Below, piece after piece: positions 1 through 4,471 of a stretch of 4,471 bases of DNA; within the stretch, counting starts at the first letter, position 1; each line of letters starts with the position of its first letter. The DNA lies in IMG/VR virus record IMGVR_UViG_2534682327_000006; one strand, given 5' to 3'. A program made the position numbers and the translations under genes. Source of the stretch: a virus (Duplodnaviria > Heunggongvirae > Uroviricota > Caudoviricetes). The notes under the pieces were generated by a model. It was not told where the DNA came from and did no database searches. It saw only the letters and a program-made list of their open reading frames with translations.

Positions 1-2015
1 CGGGCTGTGCTGACCAGCCGCTCACTGCCGTCATCCGCTGCCACGGTCAGGCGAAGCATGAAACTCACGCCCTTCACCACCTTCGGCGTATCCCAGCGGG
101 CCAGTACCTGATACTCCCCGCTGTCTGCGGTGACTTCGGCGGTCAGATGCTGCACTGCTGGCGGCGTGACACCATTCACCGTGCCGCTCTGGTCGCCGTC
201 AAAGTGCGCCCCGTTATCCACGATGGCCTCTTTTTCCGGTACATGCTGCACGGCGGTGATGGCATACGTGCCGTCATCGTTCTCACGGATACTCACGCAG
301 CGGAACAGGCGCTGGCGCAGCGTCGGCAGCTTCAGCCCCCACACGCTGTATCCGGCAACGCCGTCAGGAACACGGCTCACTTTTACCTTCACGCCGTCGG
401 TGACGGACTGGACCTCCACGCTGACCGGATTGCCACTTCCGTCAACCAGGCTTATCAGCGTGGTACCGGAGGATGGCAGCGTGATTTCACGGTCGAGCGT
501 CAGCGTCCGGGTCTGGCTGTTCACCGCCAGCACGCGCCCGCCGGTGCTGATACCCGCATAGTCATCATCGCAGATTTCAATGACATCCCCCGGTACATGG
601 CGAAGCCCTTCCGCACCCACGCTGAAGTCCACGGTCTGCGTTTCCAGCAGTTCCGTTTTAATCAGCCACAGCCCGGCGCGGTGCGCCTGCCCCCGGCTGG
701 TACAGCCAAAGGCATCCATCTTCGTGACGTTACGACCGTAACGGGCAATGGCCTGCGTATCTTCAACAAGCTCTGTCGCCGTCTCCCAGCCGTTGTTCGG
801 GTCAATCCAGTTCACCTCAACGGCATTATGGCGGTCCTTCAGGGCGCTGAAGCTGTAGCGGAACGGCGCGCCATCATCCGGCATCACCACATTACTGCGG
901 TTATAGGTCCACACCTTATCTGATGGTCGGTCCTGCACGAACGTCAGCGTCTGCCCGTTCCATACCGGCATACAGCGCATCGCCGAGCAGAAATCACTGA
1001 GCACATCCCACGCCTTACGCTGCGTGGTCAGGTAGGCATTACAGGTGATGCGCGGCTCCGTGCCGCCAAAACCGTCCGGCACCGACTGGTCGCAGTACTG
1101 GCCGATGACATACAGCGCCCATTTATCCACATCTGCCGCACCAAGACGTTTCCCCATGCCGTAGCGCGGATGGGTCAGCATATCCCACAGACACCAGGCC
1201 ATGTTGTTGCTGTATGCTGGCTTAAACGTTCCGTCCCAGATACCGCTGTATTGCCGCGTCTGCGGGTTATAGTTCGACGGCACCTGCAGAATGCGCCCGC
1301 GCAGATGATAATTACGGCTCACCTGCTGGCTGCCGAACTGCTCCGAGTCCACCTGCACGCCGACCAGTGCCGTGTTCGGGTAGCACTGTTTCACATCGAT
1401 AATTTCGGTGTATGACGACCAGAGCGTTTTGTTCTGCAGCTGGTCTGTGGTGCTGTCCGGCGTCATCCTGCGCATCCGGATATTAAACGGGCGCGGCGGC
1501 AGGTTATCCACCACCACCGAGGCCAGATACTGTGAAGTGGTTTTGCCCTTAATGGTGATGTCTTTTTCTGTCACCCAGCCACCGTTACGTTGTATCTGAA
1601 CCAGCAGGCGGACTTCCGACGGATTCCTGTCCCCCTTTGAGGTGGTTTCCACCAGTGCCTGCACACCGAAGGTAAAGCGCAGACGGTCGATATTTGCAGA
1701 CGTGATGGTCCGGGTGATCGGCGTGTCATATTTCACTTCCGTACCCAGCACCGTCTCGGAGCCGGAGGATTCAAATCCCTCCGGCGGAGTCTGCTCCTGC
1801 TCACCTGCCCGGAACACCACCGTGACACCGGAGATGTTGGTATTCCCCTCAGTGTCCAGCACCGGCGTACTGTTCAGCAGCACGCTTTTTAATCCATCCA
1901 CCGGACCTTCAATCGGCCCTTCACTGATGGCATCAATCACACTCAGCAACTGCGTGGATTTCAGGTTGTCCTTCGCTTCGCGCGGGGTATGCCCCTTACT
2001 GCTGCCTTTACCCAT
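1..2015 (-). CDS. J: Tail-tip host-specificity protein J (central tail fibre), N-terminal 671 codons; gene continues beyond the window start
   Basis: Minus-strand ATG at 2015..2013 with GGAG 8 nt upstream; translation begins MGKGSSKGHTPR. Hand translations in the same frame at 1499..1441 (PPRPFNIRMRRMTPDSTTDQ), 1019..961 (RKAWDVLSDFCSAMRCMPVW) and 59..3 (MLRLTVAADDGSERLVSTA) all match lambda gpJ as I recall it. Absent from the ORF track presumably because no stop codon falls inside the window. I did not check every codon for stops. Confidence 0.9.
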   Translation of the reverse strand, partial: MGKGSSKGHTPREAKDNLKSTQLLSVIDAISEGPIEGPVDGLKSVLLNSTPVLDTEGNTNISGVTVVFRAGEQEQTPPEGFESSGSETVLGTEVKYDTPITRTITSANIDRLRFTFGVQALVETTSKGDRNPSEVRLLVQIQRNGGWVTEKDITIKGKTTSQYLASVVVDNLPPRPFNIRMRRMTPDSTTDQLQNKTLWSSYTEIIDVKQCYPNTALVGVQVDSEQFGSQQVSRNYHLRGRILQVPSNYNPQTRQYSGIWDGTFKPAYSNNMAWCLWDMLTHPRYGMGKRLGAADVDKWALYVIGQYCDQSVPDGFGGTEPRITCNAYLTTQRKAWDVLSDFCSAMRCMPVWNGQTLTFVQDRPSDKVWTYNRSNVVMPDDGAPFRYSFSALKDRHNAVEVNWIDPNNGWETATELVEDTQAIARYGRNVTKMDAFGCTSRGQAHRAGLWLIKTELLETQTVDFSVGAEGLRHVPGDVIEICDDDYAGISTGGRVLAVNSQTRTLTLDREITLPSSGTTLISLVDGSGNPVSVEVQSVTDGVKVKVSRVPDGVAGYSVWGLKLPTLRQRLFRCVSIRENDDGTYAITAVQHVPEKEAIVDNGAHFDGDQSGTVNGVTPPAVQHLTAEVTADSGEYQVLARWDTPKVVKGVSFMLRLTVAADDGSERLVSTA

Positions 2016-2037
2016 TCGTCATGCTCCATAAACGACA

Positions 2038-2057
2038 AAACCGCCCGGAGGCGGTTT
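2038..2057 (-). other. RNA stem-loop in the I-J spacer (8-bp stem, 4-nt loop) followed by a U-rich tract on the transcribed strand
   Basis: Plus strand 2038..2045 AAACCGCC, loop 2046..2049 CGGA, 2050..2057 GGCGGTTT: perfect inverted repeat. In mRNA sense (minus strand) it reads AAACCGCC-UCCG-GGCGGUUU, then UGUCGUUUAUGGAGCAUGACGA-AUG (J start). Confidence 0.35.
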
Positions 2058-2075
2058 CACATAAAACATTTTGCA

Positions 2076-2723
2076 TCAGCGACCAATCACCACAACCTGA
2101 CCACCGTCCCCTTCGTCTGCCGTGCTGATCTCCTGAGAAACCACCCGCGACCCCACACGCATTTCCCCGTACAGAACAGGCAAAACATTGCCCTGAGCAA
2201 CCATGTTATCCAGTGAGGAAAAATAGGTGTTCTGTTTGCCGTTATCTGTACTGGCTGCCGTGGACGTCCTGGCTTTCGGTGCCAGCATCTGCGCCACACC
2301 GCCCAGGATCATACTGGCCCCTGCCGCATACATGCCCGATACAGCCGCGGCACCCAGCCAGCCCACAGGGTTCCACCATGCCACCGCAATCAACGCCGCC
2401 CCCAGCACCACCTGAAATACACCGCCACTTTTAGCTCCCGCCAGACGCGGCACGATATGGATCACGGCACCATTTGCCAGCGGCTCATTAAGACGGGCAG
2501 ATAATTCGGTTTCACCTGCATCACGCCCGGCAATGCGCACCTGATACCAGCCGTCATTCAGTTTCTGACGAAACGCCGGGAGCTGTGTGGCCAGCGCCCG
2601 GATGGCTTCGGCCCCCGTTTTCACACGAAGGTCGATGCGGCGGCCAAATCGTTGCAAATCCCCGTAAAGGCAGATGCGTGCCATGCCCGGTGACGCCAGA
2701 GGGAGTGTGTGCGTCGCTGCCAT
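2076..2723 (-). CDS. I: Tail-tip assembly protein I (215 aa)
   Basis: ORF track 2076..2723 minus. ATG at 2723..2721, stop TGA at 2078..2076. N-terminus MAATHTLPLASPGMARICLYGDLQRFGRRIDLRVKTGAEAIRALATQL and C-terminus NGKQNTYFSSLDNMVAQGNVLPVLYGEMRVGSRVVSQEISTADEGDGGQVVVIGR match lambda gpI from memory. Sits 60 nt upstream of J, as in lambda. Confidence 0.9.
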   Translation of the reverse strand: MAATHTLPLASPGMARICLYGDLQRFGRRIDLRVKTGAEAIRALATQLPAFRQKLNDGWYQVRIAGRDAGETELSARLNEPLANGAVIHIVPRLAGAKSGGVFQVVLGAALIAVAWWNPVGWLGAAAVSGMYAAGASMILGGVAQMLAPKARTSTAASTDNGKQNTYFSSLDNMVAQGNVLPVLYGEMRVGSRVVSQEISTADEGDGGQVVVIGR

Positions 2724-3364
2724 TTGTCGGTATACCTCTCTCGTTTGCTCAGTTGTTCAGGAATATGGTGCAGCAGCTCGCCGTCACCACAGTAAATGGC
2801 GGCATGATTCGGCACCGATGAACCAAAACAGCACAGCAGCACATCGCCCGGCTGCGCCGCTGACAACGGCACCTGATACAGCCCTGTGGCCTCCAGATTA
2901 TCCAGATAGAGATTCTGACCGTGACGCCACCAGTCATCCCCGCGATGAAAATCCGGCATCTCAATCCCCGCCAGATGATAAGCATCCCGGAACAGCGTGT
3001 AACAGTCCGTCACCCCGTGCTCAAAGCGCCGCCCGGTAAGATGCGGCACACTGCGGAATTTATGAATCTCACCCCGGCAGACCAGCCACCAAGGCAAATC
3101 GCTCTGCACCTGCAGCCGCCTGTCAGCCTCACTCAGCCAGGGCAGACCACCGGGGTGGCTGTGGACCAGCGCCACAATCTCACCCTGTATCTCTGCCCGC
3201 AGCCAGTCCTCCGGCGACATCCGGAAATACGCCTCCGGCTCACCGGAGATATTCACGCAGGGAAAATATCTTTCCCCCTCCGGCGTTCTCACCACGAAGC
3301 CGCACGATTCCGCTGGCGCACATCGCCGGGCGTGCGCCAGAATCGCTGATTCTGTCTGTGTCAT
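2621..3364 (-). CDS. K: Tail-tip assembly protein K (247 aa form) with N-terminal JAB/MPN (JAMM) motifs and C-terminal NlpC/P60-like motifs
   Basis: Same frame as track ORF 2621..3439, but I place the start at the ATG 3364..3362, 4 nt after the L stop; the track start at 3439 is a GTG inside L. Motifs read directly: ExCG (AESCG, Glu codon 3310..3308), HSHPGGLPWLSEAD (HxHx7SxxD, first His codon 3163..3161), NlpC/P60-like Cys in TDCYTLF (codon 3004..3002) and downstream PGDVLL...NHAAIYCG...HH. Stop TGA at 2623..2621. The last 103 nt overlap the start of I in another frame. Start site is uncertain: the internal Met at 3220 is the alternative. Confidence 0.85.
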   Translation of the reverse strand: MTQTESAILAHARRCAPAESCGFVVRTPEGERYFPCVNISGEPEAYFRMSPEDWLRAEIQGEIVALVHSHPGGLPWLSEADRRLQVQSDLPWWLVCRGEIHKFRSVPHLTGRRFEHGVTDCYTLFRDAYHLAGIEMPDFHRGDDWWRHGQNLYLDNLEATGLYQVPLSAAQPGDVLLCCFGSSVPNHAAIYCGDGELLHHIPEQLSKRERYTDKWQRRTHSLWRHRAWHASAFTGICNDLAAASTFV

Positions 3365-3368
3365 GGGA

Positions 3369-4067
3369 TTACTGCGAAAGTTTGTTAATGGAAAGGAAGC
3401 CGCCAAAGTTGCCGACGTTATTGCGAAACTTACAGCCACTCAGGCATTTGCTGCATTTATCCTTCGTGATATCGGACGTCGGCTGGTCATATTCATCAGC
3501 GACAGCCGGACCGTGATAACCGCACTCATCACCGCGATAGGTCCAGGTGCAGGTGTTGGCCAGCATGATGCGCCCCGGAAAAACAGCACCATCCGTTTCC
3601 GTCGGTGTGGAGAGCACAAAGGAGGCACTGACCGCACTCAGTTCGCTACACTGCTCGATGCGCCAGCGGCTGATCACCTCCTGCTCCGGATCGGCGTCGC
3701 TGTTTCCGTTGACGAAGTTCACCGCATCCAGAAAACGGGCGTAAACCTTACGCCTGACCACCGTTCCGCCGACCAGACTCTGCAGGTCTTCCGCCATCCC
3801 GGTGACCATGCCGTGCAGGTTAGAGACCGTCAGTGTCGGACGGGCAGCACTGCCCTTACCGTTCAGTTCAAATCCCGTCCCCTGAATGGGGTATGCCTGA
3901 TACTGCCGCCCCTGCCAGGTGACCGGCTCACCTTTTTCGTTCTGCTCATTACAGAAAAAATAACGTTCACCACCGACCTCTGTCAGATCGATTTCCCAGA
4001 GCACCACCTGGGCTGACTGAGTAAGGCGTGTCGTCTCATGATGTGTTTCCTGTGGAATATCCTGCAT
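3369..4067 (-). CDS. L: Tail-tip protein L (232 aa), cysteine-rich C-terminal region
   Basis: ORF track 3369..4067 minus. ATG at 4067..4065 with GAGG 7 nt upstream; stop TAA at 3371..3369. Sequence (LWEIDLTEVGGERYFFCNEQNEKGEPVTWQGRQYQ ... CSKCLSGCKFRNNVGNFGGFLSINKLSQ) matches lambda gpL from memory, and the 699-nt length equals the lambda L gene as I recall it. Confidence 0.92.
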   Translation of the reverse strand: MQDIPQETHHETTRLTQSAQVVLWEIDLTEVGGERYFFCNEQNEKGEPVTWQGRQYQAYPIQGTGFELNGKGSAARPTLTVSNLHGMVTGMAEDLQSLVGGTVVRRKVYARFLDAVNFVNGNSDADPEQEVISRWRIEQCSELSAVSASFVLSTPTETDGAVFPGRIMLANTCTWTYRGDECGYHGPAVADEYDQPTSDITKDKCSKCLSGCKFRNNVGNFGGFLSINKLSQ

Positions 4068-4076
4068 CAGGGCCTC

Positions 4077-4313
4077 CTATGCCACGACCTGTTCAAAATC
4101 TGCCGTTATGGTTACCCACAGCGCCCCCACGCTTGCCGACCATTTACGACACCCCCCCCTGATCGGCTTCCAGTCATAAGGTGGCGTCCACTGAAATGCG
4201 CGGACGCCACCGTGCCGTTCCAGAAAGGCTTTCAAAGATGGGTGTTCACATTTACGAACACGTATCGTCACGCTGTAAGTCGACAACTGGTTATTCAGTC
4301 CGTAAGCGTCGTC
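4077..4313 (-). pseudogene. M: Tail-tip protein M, 5'-truncated remnant (roughly the C-terminal 78 of about 109 codons)
   Basis: Minus-frame translation ...DDAYGLNNQLSTYSVTIRVRKCEHPSLKAFLERHGGVRAFQWTPPYDWKPIRGGCRKWSASVGALWVTITADFEQVVA aligns with the C-terminal part of lambda gpM (AGLNANLKTYSVTLSV...FLEEHGG...WTPPYEW...AEFEQVVN, from memory). Stop TAG at 4079..4077. An in-frame TGA sits at 4316..4314, and there is no ATG or GTG between it and the TTG at 4286 that the ORF track uses as a start. No convincing gpM N-terminus in any frame further right. Confidence 0.6.
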
Positions 4314-4334
4314 TCAGCACCGTCTGGCAGATCC

Positions 4335-4471
4335 TGAAATTCCTGAGAGAATAGTGGACACCAAATATGGTGGACGCTATCCATGAAATCATTAACCGCA
4401 GTGCGTAAAAAAAGCCCTAATTATCCCGTTGAGTTCAAAATCAAAATGGTTGAACTCTCGCATCGACCAGA
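4335..4471 (+). mobile_element. Probable left end of an IS3-family insertion sequence (terminal inverted repeat plus start of OrfA); partial, runs off the window
   Basis: From about 4335 the sequence starts 5'-TGAAATTCCTGAGAGAATAGTGGACACC, with a TG terminus and a TAGTGGACAC block that I recall from the IS3 left inverted repeat. About 41% GC over 4335..4471 by hand count, against visibly GC-richer phage DNA to the left. A + strand ORF starts 48 nt inside. Boundary is approximate (about +/- 12 nt); only one end is visible. Confidence 0.45.
4383..4471 (+). CDS. Putative IS3-family transposase OrfA, N-terminal fragment (29 codons in window)
   Basis: ATG at 4383; translation MKSLTAVRKKSPNYPVEFKIKMVELSHRP, open to the window end. 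The YPxEFKxKxVEL pattern resembles the start of the helix-turn-helix region of IS3-family OrfA proteins (IS150-like YP(F)EK / xEFK signatures, from memory). Too short to assign to a named element. Confidence 0.4.
   Translation, partial: MKSLTAVRKKSPNYPVEFKIKMVELSHRP

Noticed and set aside
130-2031. Plus-strand ORFs 130..561, 147..923 (258 aa), 1170..1415, 1408..1599 and 1642..2031 as possible genes
   Set aside because: They lie antisense to J, whose frame I confirmed at four separate points. Their translations are Arg/Pro/His-rich, low-complexity sequences typical of the reverse strand of GC-rich coding DNA, with no recognisable motifs.
2038-2057. Calling the I-J hairpin a confident rho-independent terminator
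   Set aside because: The stem is short (8 bp, five G:C pairs), it sits inside a late operon that is normally antiterminated, and J immediately downstream needs expression. Kept only as a low-confidence structural feature.
1989-2434. Plus-strand ORFs 1989..2216, 2213..2434 and 2227..2415
   Set aside because: Antisense to the J start, the I-J spacer and I; no start context or recognisable sequence. I is clearly the coding frame here.
3365-3439. GTG start at 3439 for K as given by the ORF track (272 aa)
   Set aside because: It would overlap the last 70 nt of L in another frame. The ATG at 3364 directly after the L stop gives the MTQTESAIL N-terminus and is the more parsimonious start.
2087-3637. 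Minus-strand alternative-frame ORFs 2087..2299, 2749..2985 and 3440..3637
   Set aside because: Embedded out of frame inside I, K and L respectively; Cys/Arg/Trp-rich composition typical of off-frame reading; no independent support.
2585-4016. Plus-strand ORFs 2585..2821, 2674..3039, 2921..3349, 3363..4016 (217 aa) and 3547..3744
   Set aside because: Antisense to K and L, which have strong lambda homology and intact catalytic or cysteine motifs; the plus-strand translations are low-complexity.
4284-4286. TTG at 4286 as the genuine start of a short 69-aa M
   Set aside because: gpM homology continues upstream of it (DDAYGLNNQ aligns with lambda AGLNAN) until an in-frame stop, so this looks like a truncated gene rather than a native short form. 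It cannot be excluded that a residual product is made from the TTG.
4367-4412. A 13-codon ORF (MVDAIHEIINRSA) overlapping the OrfA start, and an A7 run at 4406..4412, as a possible leader peptide or frameshift site
   Set aside because: IS3-family programmed frameshifting occurs at the OrfA/OrfB junction, far downstream of this position; a short ORF and a homopolymer run here are most simply chance.
1-4471. CRISPR arrays, tRNA/rRNA genes, long tandem or direct repeats, Chi sites
   Set aside because: By eye I found no repeat-spacer periodicity, no tRNA-like cloverleaf regions and no GCTGGTGG/CCACCAGC octamer; the window is almost entirely protein-coding.

Overview
This window is a near-canonical lambda-type phage tail-tip assembly module, read entirely on the minus strand in the order M' - L - K - I - J (high to low coordinates), followed at the right edge by what looks like the left end of an IS3-family insertion sequence. 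I do not see a novel system here. The coding regions are: J (host-specificity / central tail fibre, N-terminal 671 codons, running off the window start), I, K, L, and a 5'-truncated remnant of M. Peptides I translated by hand from all five match lambda gpJ, gpI, gpK, gpL and gpM as I remember them. The 60-nt I-J spacer, 103-nt K/I overlap and 699-nt L length also match the lambda annotation as I recall it. The points worth a second look are: (1) M lacks its 5' end and has an in-frame stop at 4316..4314, and about 20 nt further right the sequence turns AT-richer, begins with TG and opens a + strand ORF with an IS3-family OrfA-like N-terminus; (2) the K reading frame, started at the ATG right after the L stop, includes an ExCG motif that a start at the internal Met (3220) would delete; (3) a small stem-loop plus U-rich tract sits in the I-J spacer. 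All + strand ORFs in the track across 130..4016 lie antisense to these genes and are treated as artefacts. Everything is based on hand translation and memory of lambda; no searches were run.
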